From Girardia tigrina (taxonomy: Eukaryota), in the NCBI GenBank assembly GCA_001938485.1, contig MQRK01254634.1:1-50191 (forward strand): DNA of 50,191 nt, in the 5' to 3' direction. The notes under the pieces are model-generated. The model worked only from the letters and a program-made list of their open reading frames with translations. It was not told where the DNA came from and did no database searches. A program made the translations under genes and the position numbers. Below are positions 12,901 through 24,330 of the stretch, piece after piece. How positions within the stretch are numbered: the first letter of the stretch is position 1; each line of letters starts with the position of its first letter.

Positions 12901-13411
12901 TATTCACATGCTCTATGATGCAGCATTGATGCTTAAGCCTTGCATCGCCTAGCTATAAGAAAACATCAATTTATTCGGATAAATTCATGGATGCTTTGCC
13001 ATTAAACAAAAAAGACTACTATAATTATTATTATAAAGTGATTAACCTATAGAGATCTGATCAGTCAAAATTGGTCATTTTGCGATTTTGGTGCCTCTTC
13101 AGATTTTGGCGCCCATGCGCCCGATGGGGCCGCACCGCTCGCACCGCCCTCACTACGGCTCTGCAACACCATACTATGTTGTATATTGTCTGTGGTAAGT
13201 TTATAGATTCAAACTTTAGAGATATAACACTACTTTTTCTATGTATAATTAAATTTCTGTACAAAAATCTTTTCTCTTTACAAATATTTTATTTTAATAT
13301 TTGAAAATTAAATATTTTATTAATTATTTTATTTTTCAGTTATATGAAACCAGAAGCGAATCAAATATTCATTTTATCACCGCGGACGAGAAAATCGAAT
13401 TAGATTCATAA
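2558..13411 (+). CDS. EGF-repeat + FAS1-like single-pass transmembrane protein (stabilin-like), 3' seven exons; 5' part not found in window
   Basis: Exons 2558-2739, 6999-7113, 7157-7362, 7409-7543, 11391-11525, 11571-11678 and 13340-13411 join in frame at GT-AG sites. They give EGF motifs (CLCKPGYFGDGKTVC; CVCNEGYEGDGFKC), a FAS1-like end (WRINDDVKVVKRDLFTNAIVLYLD), a TM helix (LMVLLPVVLLTFVAVLALGIILY) followed by RKRK, and a short tail ending KIELDS*. The stabilin assignment is inferred from domain order. Confidence 0.8.
3070..6680 (+). mobile_element. Near full-length decayed non-LTR retrotransposon (RTE-like): APE endonuclease, RT and C-terminal C2H2 fingers
   Basis: APE motifs (LTETH, GVGLL, GGDFN, NGERL, SDH). 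RT motifs (KAPGSNG, NYRGIFLL, FIDLEKAFDSV, GVRQGC, LAYADD, YYLGS). Zinc fingers at about 6010-6470. Broken by stops and frameshifts. Lies in an intron of the EGF gene; ends approximate. Confidence 0.9.
6902..6986. repeat. (TAT)n microsatellite, about 28 units
   Basis: Perfect trinucleotide run ending about 12 nt before the exon at 6999. Confidence 0.95.
7690..7980 (-). mobile_element. Gypsy fragment (LTR end, PBS, gag N-terminus) related to the element at 18444-22931
   Basis: Minus-strand translation gives MGDDN.., CMIDED and ENSCKADGFEDRLQLAF, matching MIHED..ENTACKAVDFEDRLRLAF of the full element. CA followed by TGGCGATC is PBS-like (plus 7918-7929). Confidence 0.7.
8113..9228. mobile_element. 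Non-autonomous TIR element with 48-bp terminal inverted repeats and an internal inverted repeat
   Basis: TGGTGTCCGTTTATTTCTGACATCATTTCTCTTTTTTAAAAGTATGTA at 8113, reverse complement at 9181-9228. A second inverted pair lies at about 8153-8205 / 8338-8390. TSD unclear, superfamily unassigned. Confidence 0.8.
10385..11291 (+). mobile_element. pogo/Tigger-type deletion derivative
   Basis: TA|CAGTCAACTCCGCATATCTCAAATT ... AATTTGAGATATGTGGAGTTGACTG|TA. The internal remnant DYVDVDKNLVSV resembles Tigger C-termini. Confidence 0.8.
11901..12560 (-). mobile_element. mariner transposase remnant
   Basis: Minus strand gives FMKHIVTADLTWVYKFE and PYSSDMSP..FLFPKLKLTLRGSRFQSIE. A TIR-like end follows TA at 11899-11900. 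Confidence 0.85.
12780..13163. mobile_element. hAT-type MITE
   Basis: TIRs CAGAGCCGTAGTAAGG / CCTCACTACGGCTCTG; 8-bp TSD catcacca / caacacca (1 mismatch). Confidence 0.8.
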
Positions 13412-13569
13412 CTTTGTGGACGCTATACTTCATTGTATTTATTAGAAATGCATTAACTTGTTCTCAATTGTTCGACGGAACATATTATATGTAACTTGTA
13501 AAAGTATTATCAAAATATACCTTTTTTCTTTTTATGCCACTATTGACGAACTATATAATTCATTATACA

Positions 13570-14360
13570 CAGGGGTTTTGTTTAAAATAAGGGAAACATC
13601 TTGAAAAATCGACAAAATATATTTTATTATGATCCATCATTTTCGATAATTACAGCCTAAATTCATTAAGACATTGATTCATATAAATTTGGAATTGTTT
13701 CCAAAGGAATTTCAGTTCAGTCTTCAGTTAAAACACTCGGTAGTTCTTTTATAGCTTAATTTCTTACTTGGATCTTTAAGATCGACCATAAATAATCAAT
13801 AGTGTTTAGATCTGAGATTGTGGTCACCAGGTGAGATTTTCAAATTCATTAGAATATTGCTCATACCGTTCTTGAAAAATTCTAGTTTTACACATTGGTT
13901 TACATTATCATCAGGAGAGACGGTATTCCCTTTGATAAACAGTTTTTGAGTCAAATGATGAAGCTGATCACCCAAAAATTAATTCTTCGATGAAGGGAAA
14001 TCATTAGCCCTCAGATTTCCAAGAAGTAGTACCTCAGATCATCATAGATCTCTGCAATGTTTTACAGTTGGAGAAGGCTGTTTGGAGGAAATGCTTTTTT
14101 CAACTATCGTCAAAAATACATTTAGTCGAAGGTAGAAATAGGTTGCACAATGATTCGTCAGAGAAAATCTTATTTTTCCACTGCTTAAAGAATCAATTAT
14201 AGGGATTTCTATAGTACTCTGAGCTCTTTAAAATATTTGTCTTGAAGAGATGAATTGAAAAATAGTTATAATGTTAATTAATTGTAAGTTTGAACAAATT
14301 GAGATGAAATAAAAAAAAATCACAATTTTAACAAAACTTTATTGTTCCCACAAAACCCTG
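13570..14360 (-). mobile_element. Tc1-like remnant
   Basis: Ends CAGGGGTTTTGT / ACAAAACCCTG; minus-strand motifs IFSDES and DLNTIDYLWSILK. Confidence 0.7.
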
Positions 14361-14394
14361 AATATTCAAACAAATATTTCATTAATAATTATAT

Positions 14395-15210
14395 TAATAA
14401 TCAAAATCTTATTGTTTAAATATTCTAAATTTGGTATGTTGAATTTCGTATGTTGAGTTTAGTATTTGGAAATGTGTTTCTCCCACCCAGATGGAAAATT
14501 GATATTTCAGATGTTCACGATAAATAATTATTCGAGTATAATTTACATTTTAAATTATAACATAAGATATTAAAAAACTTTTTAAATATTAAATAGTATC
14601 AAACTTTAATATCAAAAATTTTAGTACAACTTTTAATTTATTTTTAAATGGATTAAATAAATGTCTTTCTTTAAATAGAATCACTTTTTAAATTAAATTT
14701 ATTTTTAGATAAAATTATTAACGAAATTATAAAAGTAGAATTTTAAAAATAAAATCTGAAAATAATTTAAAATTAAATTTGTTCGAATAATTGTTTATTA
14801 ACGAGACGAAAATTTATCAATTTAGCGAGATGTCAAATTATGAAAGCTTGGCTGAAAATCATCCCAAAGACAATTCAAATTGTGATGAAAATAAATGTGT
14901 GAAAACCCATGTTGGTGTTCTTAATAATTAGGTCTATAGATTTTGTTCCAATCAAATTAAAATTTTAAATTACATTTAAAAAATTAAATACATAATTAAA
15001 TATTATATTTAAAAATTTAAAGATTACATTTGAAAAATATTTTAAATATTTTTACTTTAAAATTAAATTAAATTATTTTCAATTAGTAAGAATCAAAGAA
15101 AATACCAATCATCCATCTGGGTAGAAGAGACTCAAGCAGAATCAACATACAACATGCAAAATACAAAACAACAAACAATTCAGAAAATTCCTCACAGACC
15201 ATATTATTAA
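14395..15210. repeat. Degenerate foldback/MITE-like element; arm family recurs at 29640-29753
   Basis: ttctcccacccagatggaaaattgatattt (about 14478) is inverted at about 15100 (aataccaatcatccatctgggtagaaga); a similar arm occurs at 29641. Confidence 0.55.
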
Positions 15211-16164
15211 TTTGATTTTATGAATATTTGTTTCATTGTTTCAAACCCATTTTTCAGTTTAATTCAATTAATATTTTATTTTGGGCGGTTTTGACCCAAT
15301 TTTTAGTTTAATTTAATTAATTTTTATTTTAGATGGTTAAATTTTCAAAATTTTATTATTGCTGTTTAAGTGAAGACTTTTCTGTAATATTTTTAATTAA
15401 TTTAAATTAACTAGGTAGCTTAATTATTTTTCAAGAATATACCTTATTTTATCTTAATGGGTGAAAATACCAGGTTGAGTAAAAAAATTATTCATGTGTT
15501 TTAATGAACTAAAGTTTTTGTTTTTCCAGATCATTTAAGTCTAACATTTATAAACAACGTTTAGTATCATTTTAAAACCCATAAAAAGGCGAATCGAACT
15601 ACACTTTAAAAGTTTAATCTTTAAACTTTATTCCCCCAGTTTTTTACATTTTAGAATGATTGAAGAAAAAATAGTAATTCGTATCTTATTACGACATTAT
15701 TGGAAAGAAGTCCTAACAGCAGCAGCTGGTACTCGAGAAATCTGCAATGTGGAAGGCAAGGATGTGCTCAAGGAAAATATAGCTCAGTGGTGGTTTCGTC
15801 GTTTTAATCAGGAAGAAACCATTCTTGACTATCAGGAACGCTTAGGTCGACCATCAGTGGTAAACAAAGAGGAGTTTTGTGCTCTGCTTGGGCAGCTGTC
15901 TTGAACTATAACCCCCGACTTGACAAATATTCAAGCCCAGTGTCGAATCGATCTTTGTCGCCAACTACTGAATAACCCCAGAGACAGCCGTTTTTCTAAG
16001 CGAATTGTTACATGAGATGAAAAGTCAATTTTCTTCCTTAATTCTAGTGCAGGTAAGCAATGGCTTCAGCACGATCATCCAACTCAACAAGTTATCCTTC
16101 AAGGATTTATCAAAAAGAAAGTGATGATGTGTGTTTGGTGGAATTATGAGAGACCTGTGCACTA

Positions 16165-17447
16165 TCGTCTTACCTCGAATAAAACGCCTATTCAATTAGA
16201 ACGCCTATGCATTCTAATCGAGTTATATATATGTATATATAACAAAACTGACATATATTGAGTTTATTAAAAGTAATTAATGAATATTTGTAAATACAGA
16301 GTTTTTCCCCACATTTTGGAAATTTTTTCTCACATTTTGAAACAAAATTTTAAATTTATTAAATATGTTTTTAATTAAATTTAATTGTAAATTTTTTATG
16401 TGGCTTTTCCCATTACTACATTTCGAATTCCGTTACTTGTTATGGTAGTTTTAAGCTCAGGTTCAAAACATCGTGGAACTTGGTTCATAATTAAAATATT
16501 TTTGGACTCAATTTTTTTCGACAATATGATCCGAATTCTCTGGTACACATCTAGATGATGTTTTTTGCCTTGAAACTAATTTATTACGATGTTAAATTTT
16601 AACAACCAGCCAGTTGATGCTTTAAAAGTAGTACATTTATCAGAATTATATATTTTTATATGAAGCGCCGTAGCCTGAATTTATTTATCTTTTACACGAA
16701 GACCTTTCTCATTTCTATATTTAATCAAATTATGAGTTCATTTTCTAATTCAAGGAATTCAGTGTTACAGCCTCCATCTGGTAGTAATCATTTAATTCAT
16801 GTGGAAATATCTAGAATTGATAATGTTTTTTATTATTTCCGTTTAATTTTAAATCCAGCCTCTAATTATTGATGTTAAATTATATTTTTTTTACCCGAAG
16901 CTGCAACACCATGAATAGAACTATTAGTCTTATACTTTTTAATTACTTGAATTTTGAATTTTAAGGAATATGGTTTTCTTTTGTCAATCATATTTGGTAT
17001 CTAAAACATTAAAAAAAATATTGCAAAAATAAATATATTAATATCTTTAAAATATTAATTAAAATAGGGCTGAGAGCAACCCTGAAAATAAGATTATTTA
17101 GGTAAATAAATTTTATAAACATTTAAATCTGTATTATTAGATTTTAAACATTATTTTAATAACCATAAATATTAATAATAAATTCTTAAAAGATTTTAAT
17201 CTTTTTTTAACCCTGAAAATAAGATTATTTAGGTAAATAAATTTTATAAACATTTAAATCTGTATTATTAGATTTTAAACATTATTTTAATAACCATAAA
17301 TATTAATAATAAATTCTTAAAAGATTTTTTGATTAATATTTGAGTTTCTCTCGAATATTACGCCCTGGGCCCTTTATTTGAATTGTGCGTGCAATATGCA
17401 TACTATTCGAACACAATACCTAGGCGTTTGTTTTCGAGGTAAGACGG
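16165..17447 (-). mobile_element. pogo/Tc2-like element with CENP-B-type HTH remnant, nested in the mariner
   Basis: TA|TCGTCTTACCTCGAATAAAACGCCTA ... TAGGCGTTTGTTTTCGAGGTAAGACGG|TA; minus-strand FKASTGWLLKF motif. Confidence 0.8.
17078..17328. repeat. Tandem duplication, about 131-bp unit x2
   Basis: aaccctgaaaataagattattt...aaagatttt starts at 17078 and again at 17209, nearly identical. Confidence 0.9.
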
Positions 17448-17809
17448 TAGGAACTTGTTTCTGACAGTCGAGCTATCGATGGAAACCTTTATGTTGAAGA
17501 ATTGCAGCGATTTCATGATACTTTGAGCACTTGCTGCTGAGGATTGTTGAATTAAATACAATCCTAAAGCATGAAAAAGCTCTAGATCATACATCATGAA
17601 GTGTGAAGCAGAAAATTCAATTAGTGCTAGGGATCGAAGTCATTGCCCACCCAGCGTATATCCTGAACCTTGTTCCTTTTGATTATCATCTGTTTCGGTC
17701 TCTCTCACACATGCTACAAGGAAAACGATTTGGTTCAGAGGAAGAGGTCAAAACTTGAATCGTCGATTTTGTTGCCTCCAAGATACAAGGTTCGTCTATT
17801 ATCGCACAC

Positions 17810-18090
17810 TTAATGGTAAGACACTTCACTAAGGTGAAGCCTCTCATCAACATTTTCAAGCTGAATTCGAGGTAGACCATTCAATTTTATAGAAATTTAT
17901 TGAAGGTATTAAGACCCAAAGAGCCAGAGACATAGTTTATGAGAACTTTGTGAGAGGAAACATTGCAGCATCCAAACGTGACAAATACAATCAAGCTAAT
18001 GTTCGTTTACTGCCAATTGTTCAAAATTTCGATAATCGAGAAATTTCTGAATATTAACGAGGAATTGCTAATTATTTTATATGGATTAAT
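17810..18090 (+). mobile_element. MULE (Mutator-like) transposase C-terminal remnant
   Basis: GEASHQHFQAEFEVDHSIL*KFIEGIK ... EY*RGIANNF resembles the E.WH..F...HP..WKFI / YLRGIA C-terminal pattern of animal MULEs. Confidence 0.6.
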
Positions 18091-18443
18091 TCAATATTCT
18101 GGGTTGTAATTGTATTAGTATTTTGGTATTCACTTGATTTAAGTTTTAATAAAAATATATTTTTAAAAATAATATTGTATATTTTTATAGTATTATAATG
18201 AAGTTATAGTAAATAATAATTTATGGTTTTCACTTGACTTTTATTTGATAATAGTATTATTCATTACTATTATTAGAGGTTCTTGGAACATCGTCGGAAT
18301 TATTACTGAGTTATTTCAGACATCAAAACTTTTATTATATAACACAAAAAAATGTTTAAATCTATTATTTAAACAAACTTAATATTTTTTTGAGAAACTA
18401 TTTGTTTTATAAATATTAAACCGATATGAATAAAAATACTTAT

Positions 18444-18674
18444 TGTAAGAGAGTGTCGTTGTTAATTTTTTAATTTTCAGAAATAAGAATTTCGGTTTTT
18501 AAAGATTTAGAATTATAATCGAAATTAAAAAAAGTAATGGAAATAGAATTAAAAAAAAGAAAATAAAAAAATGAAAATTTGTTTAAATAACAAATTTAAC
18601 CTGTTGTAGATTAAAAATTTTGCAAGTCTTAATTTCTTTTTGATTTAGAATGGATGATAATTCCCAACCTAACA
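18444..18674 (+). repeat. 5' LTR
   Basis: 231-bp direct repeat of 22699-22931 with fewer than 10 differences by eye. Confidence 0.95.
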
Positions 18675-18677
18675 TTG

Positions 18678-18696
18678 TGGCAGCGTTAGCGGATTC
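18678..18696 (+). promoter_or_regulatory. Primer-binding site, probably tRNA-Leu type
   Basis: TGGCAGCG...GGATTC, 3 nt after the LTR, is complementary to a ...CGCUGCCA tRNA 3' end. The tRNA identity is inferred. Confidence 0.6.
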
Positions 18697-21600
18697 AATC
18701 ACGAACCGACTGATTCCCTACATGCTCCAGATTGGAGAAGACCTAGAGAAATTTATTTCTCGCTGCAGAAGATATTTTGAAGCAGCCGAAATTAATCAAA
18801 AGAAATAGCAAACATGTATTTACTCCATGATACATGAAGATTTCTTGGAAGCATATGAGAACACAGCTTGTAAAGCTGTTGATTTTGAGGATCGGCTTAG
18901 ACTAGCGTTTGTGAAGCCGAGAGCAGCCGCGATGGATTGGGAAAAACGGTTGAGTTATCGCAAAGGTGCTGATAACGCACAGACTTTTTTCAAAAAGGTA
19001 AACCGGCAGGTAAAAAATGCGTTGTCGCATAGACTCGAGGAAGAAGAGCTTAAAGCTCAAATGCTAATTCATTGCATTGATGATGAAGATGTTGTTCGTG
19101 AAATTAAATTATGGAAATTAAAGAGTGTCAAGGAAATATCTGAGTCCGTTGCACTCGTATACGAAATAAATTACGAAAAGAAGAGCAGGATCAATGCTGT
19201 CCGAAGTTATCGAGAGGTTGTTCAAAACAGCAGGGCTCCTGAGGTAACTAAAAAATGGGTAAATCAGTCAGCCGAGAAAACAACTTCCAAGAGAGGAATC
19301 AACCGAGTCCAAATGCTATACTTGTCATCAACCAGGACATTTCAGCCGAAATTGCCAACAAAGAAGACATGTGCAGTGTTGAGATTGTAAAAAGGCTTGG
19401 CACATCAGTCGAAACTATCCTAGCAGACAGCCATTGGTTTATTTCTTGTGCGGGAAGAAGGGACATCAGCGAATTCAATGTCCAGAGATACGCCGCGAAA
19501 AATGTGGCCGTAATGGGAATTTAGCAGCGGCATGTATAGTGAACTCTAGCAGACAGAATAATGGTTACGATAATGGAAGATCGAGAATGCAGTACAATGA
19601 TCATAAATTTAAAATCAACACAATGAACGAAGATGAAGAACGCATATTTGATGATAAGGAAGAAAAAACGATAAGACGTACCCAAACGACTGGGCTCCGC
19701 CAGTTGGGGAGTTGGTGGGAACCGAATGCCACTAATCTTAGAAGATAATTCCCAGGGATTCGGATGCGAGCTGGATGTGCGAACGATGAATAAGGTCTAT
19801 GGATTTGTGAAAAAGAATTTTGAGCAAGTATTCTATGTTAAGGCGTTGATTGAGGATCAGAAATCAGAGATATGTTATAGTAAAATGCAGGGGCGTCCGA
19901 GCGTTACAGTGGAAATTCAGGGGAAAAGGTGGGAGTGTTTGTTGGATACAGGAGCAGTTATGAGTAAGAAGTATTATCAAGATTTGAATAATTTGGTGTT
20001 AGAAAAATGCGATATCAATTTGAGAGGTGCCAACGATGGAAAATTGAAAGTATTGGGTAAAATAGGGGAAAATGTAGATATATGTCAGACAAGGAAAGCA
20101 GTACCATTTATTGTTGTGGAGAGTGTGATTCCGGAACTGATATGAGGCATAGTATTCATGAAAATTTTCGGTTATTCCATTCAAAGGAACGAATCTCAAG
20201 ATAATAATGTATCAAGGGAATCACGTGGAAGTGCGTGTAACATTGAAGCGAAATTCGGCAGGCTGATAAGGCCAGGAGAGAGATTAAAAAGAGCGTTAGA
20301 TTGCACAGGTAAAGTAGATTCAAAACTATTAGAGGTCATTCATAATCAGGCAGAAGTAATTATGGCTGACAAATGGGATATCGGATGTACCAGTTTAGCA
20401 AAACATCATATTAAGACGAATTGAGAGCCAATTAATTGAAAACCTTTTCGTCAACCAATGCATCTCGAAGAAAAAATCATGGAAACTATAAAAAAATTGT
20501 ATGATAATAATATCATTCAGAAGTGTAATTCAGCTTGGAACACACCATTAATTTGTGTGTGGAAAAAAGAGAAGAAAGATATTCGTATCTGTTTGGATTT
20601 TAGGCGTTTAAATGTAACAACAGAGAGACAAGCTTTTTCAATGCCCAATGTTGATGAGATGTTGGATGCTTTAGGAAGTCCAAAGTATTTTAGCTCGATT
20701 GACATTGGAAATGCTTATTATCAGGTTGAGCTGGACGAAGAATCTCAGGAGAAAACGACCTTTTCTACAAAGCAAGGACAGTATTGTTTTACTCGTATGC
20801 CGTTTGGTATAGCGGCTGCGCCGGGAACTTTCCAAGAGATGTGACAAAGGTAGTCGGAGAAATCAAGGGTGCCACTGTATACTTAGATGATATCTTGGTA
20901 TACACAAAAGATCGGGAGCAACACTATATTGTTTTGAATCAAGTTTTAGATAATATTAGGAAAGCAGGATTGCGGATGAACCCAGAAAAATGTCAATTGT
21001 TGAAACGGGAAGTCAAATTCCTTGGACATATAGTTAACGAAGACGGTATTAAAACGGACCCGTCTAAGATTGAAGCAATAAGAACGTTTGGAAAGCCAAA
21101 GTGTGTTAAAAACTTACGCAGTTTTTTGGGCATTTGTAACTATTATCGACGACTTATAAAAGAGTATGCAAAGAAAGCCAGAGTATTAGAACAATTATGC
21201 GGATCGAATAACAACAAAAAACTCAATTGGACAAGCGAGCTAGAGTTAGCATTCGAAGAGATGAAGAATTCATTAATTACAAGCCCAGTATTGTGTTTTG
21301 CAGACATTAAAAGAGATTTTATTCTAGATACGGAGCCGTGTTAGCACAGAGGGACGATCAAGAAAAGGAAAGAGTTGTAGCTTATGGGTCGCGATCAATG
21401 AATAGCCACGAGAATGGCTATTGTGTTACAAGAAAAGAATTACTTGCCATGTATTATTTTTATAACCATTTTCTGTATGGTAAACGGTTTACTTTGCGTA
21501 CCGATCATAAAGCAATCACGTTTATGCTGAACACTAAGAAACCAATTACATCGCAGTTTCAAACGTGGATTAACTATCTGAGCAATCTGGATATGAAGTT

Positions 21601-22698
21601 AGAATTTCGAAAAGGATCTTTGCACACGAATGCTGATATGCTTTCAAGGATGAATTGTGATACGTATACTCAATGTTTGATGCAACACGAGGAAGCTAAT
21701 AAAGAAAAAATCAAGACACGTGCACTGGATGTTGTATCAGAAGATGAAACCACAAAGCCACTCGAAGATTTTATCTGGGAAACCCATAGAATGTTGGCAC
21801 ACGCGGGTGCAAGAAAGGTTGAGTATTATTTAAGAGACTCTAAGGATTTTGACAAGCCGAAAGGTAAGATCAAAGAGATTGTACGCAGTTGTGAATCATG
21901 CCAAAAGTATAAAACATATACGGCAAAAACAAAAGAGAACACGATAAAATTAGAAGCTGCCGAGGTTTTTGAATGTATTTATGTGAATATTTGTGGACCG
22001 TTGAAGAAGACTTCTGGGAAAAAGAAATATATTCTAGGCATCATTGATCAGTTAAGTAAATACATTACGTTATTAGCAATATCGAAACAAGATGAAGAGT
22101 CGATAATAAAAGGAATAATGCGGAATTGGATATTGAAATTTGGTTCTCCCAAGGTGATGAATGTGGTTGCGGTAAGGTTTTTGAATCAAAAAAGATGAAA
22201 GAGTTCGCAGAGAGAAACAGAATTTTGAAATTAGATTCTCCAGCCCATATCATCATAACACAAACGGACAAATTGAACTACAATTCCGTACAGTGAGAGA
22301 ATTGATAAATGCAACATTGCATGAAAGAAAAAGTTCAGGCTGGGCAGAAATTCTACCGGAGATCGAGTTCTCATTAAATGCCACATTACAGACGACTATC
22401 GGGATGAGTCCAGCTGAAATCATTTTCGGAAGACACATTAGCAGGGAGAAATGGGATGGAAAAAATAGCAAGACATTTCAATATGAGCAGGACCAGGAGC
22501 CTATCACGCGAAGACAATTCTTCTCAGGAGATGATGTATTGGTAAAAGTTGAATCTAGAACAAAAGATCAAGGGAGATAGGACGGGCCTTATAAAGTCGT
22601 TCGAAGAGTACAGGATAGAAGATATGTTCTTGAAGATACGTCTGGTAAAACATGGGAAAGAAATGTGGAGAAAATTAAAAAATTCTTGCGTGCGGGGG

Positions 22699-22931
22699 TG
22701 TAAGAGAGTGTCGTTGTTAATTTTTTAATTTTCGGAAATAAGAATTTGGGTTTTTAAAGATTTAGAATTATAATCGAAATTAACAAAAATAATGGAAAAT
22801 AGAATTAAAAAAAAGAAAATAAAAAAATTAAAATTTGTTTAAATAACAAATTTAACCTGTTGTAGATTAATAAATTTTGCAAGTATTAATTTCTTTTTGA
22901 TTTAGAATGGATGATAATTCCCAACCTAACA
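22699..22931 (+). repeat. 3' LTR
   Basis: 233-bp direct repeat followed by the TSD CTTAT at 22932-22936. Confidence 0.95.
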
Positions 22932-23936
22932 CTTATAAATATTCATATTTGATTTTTTTTATTACTTTTATAAACAATTTTAAATTACGATAACATTTTA
23001 AAATATTTAATCGTTTCGTTTAATTTTTATTAATTTTTAAAAAATCATTTCACATATAAAAATTATACATTTTAATTTTTATATTATATTTAAAACTCAA
23101 AAATTTTAATTATTAACAATTTAATTAGATCTTCATAATTTTAGTAATTTATTTTTTTCAAACGTTACATATTTAATTATATAAAAATTTTAATTTGTAC
23201 ATATTTAATTTAAAGTTCTTTCAAAAATTTTCCTAGCATTTTTAATTCCTAACAATTATTATTCATTATAATGAATGAAACGCAATTTTATTAGTTAAGC
23301 TTAAATAGGAAATATGCTGAAGAATGTAATGGAGTGATTTCATATAATTGACATTGCATCCAGAACTTCAGGACATTGTTGTCTATCTGATACAGATACA
23401 TCCGGCAGTATCTCCGTTTCAGGGTAAAGAACTATCTGTATATTCACTTATGTTGCACTAATTATCTGTAGATTTAATGTAAGATTATTTTTAGGACAAC
23501 TTATATAGATTTCGGAAGATGGATAAGGAAAAATCTTAATTTACAAAATTATAATATAAATACATACATGGATGTAAATTTAGTATAATCTACAGAAATA
23601 GGACATGCTTTTTAAATGATTTTGGAATCATTGTTTTTTTAACTTTCAAAATTTAGGTTATGTTGCAATAGTTTAAATCTCCAATAAGTTTCTTTTTGTT
23701 TTAATCTTCCCTCCTCCATAGAGTCCGTTTGATACTGTATGGATAGCCGATTGCGTCCCTCTTTTCTATCTAAAATATAAAATTTCCCTTCAATTGGTCG
23801 GGTTTTTGTAGGATCTTTTACTCATGAAAGGGATCATGGCTACTTTGTCTCTCTCGAAATCTATGGGAAGTCTTGTGATCCAAATTAAATGTTCCTGAAA
23901 TTTTATTCATGAAGAGAAATTATTTTAACCCTTCCT

Positions 23937-24330
23937 TTAACACTAAAACTCCCATTTCGTCTGTGGCATAATTTAATATATTTATTTTGTAAGCAGATAA
24001 AAGTTAAGTATATTTTCTATATTTTTACAATAAACAAGGACGTCTTACCCGTGTAAGCATAATATTTATGAGTTTCGTGATAATAAATGTTGTATCTAAT
24101 TATGAAATAATGTAAAAAATTTTTATTCGTTTAGGAATGTCGAAACGATTGTCTGTTCTGAAAGCCTTAGTGAAACTGTGGAATATTTTTATAGAAAAGT
24201 CGGAGACGAAGACGATAATGAAGATGAGTGCTTGAATACCTCAAATGAGACTGAAGATCAGGATAGTTCATCCAACTCGAGAAACGAAAACTCTGAAAAA
24301 GACGAAAAAGAAAACTCTGATGGAAGTCCG
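23937..24330 (+). mobile_element. Probable piggyBac 5' end with acidic N-terminal coding remnant
   Basis: TTAA|CACTAAAACT resembles the end TTAA|CACTAGAACT at 31622. The acidic ORF 24178-24360 is typical of piggyBac N-termini. Truncated by a LINE fragment. Confidence 0.45.

Larger units (their letters stand above)
15470..17800 (+). mobile_element. mariner element interrupted by a pogo insertion
   Basis: Mos1-type HTH ORF at 15656-15904, then RIVT*DEK and KKVMMCVWWN. After the insertion the frame resumes with ELVSDSRAIDGNLY and DYHLFRSLSHMLQGKRF. Confidence 0.85.
18444..22931 (+). mobile_element. Full-length decayed Ty3/Gypsy LTR retrotransposon
   Basis: LTRs 18444-18674 and 22699-22931 (TG...CA); 5-bp TSD CTTAT; PBS TGGCAGCG at 18678; G-rich tract before the 3' LTR. 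Gag with CCHC knuckles, protease LLDTGA, RT (CLDFR, MPFG, YLDD), RNase H, integrase HHCC and core, in Gypsy order. Multiple stops and frameshifts. Confidence 0.95.

Noticed and set aside
13061-13304. Overlapping Arg/Ala-rich ORFs on both strands
   Set aside because: They arise from the GC-rich end of the hAT MITE.
17078-17328. Direct repeats considered as CRISPR-like or as LTRs
   Set aside because: Simple two-unit tandem duplication with no spacers, PBS or TSD, in a eukaryotic context.
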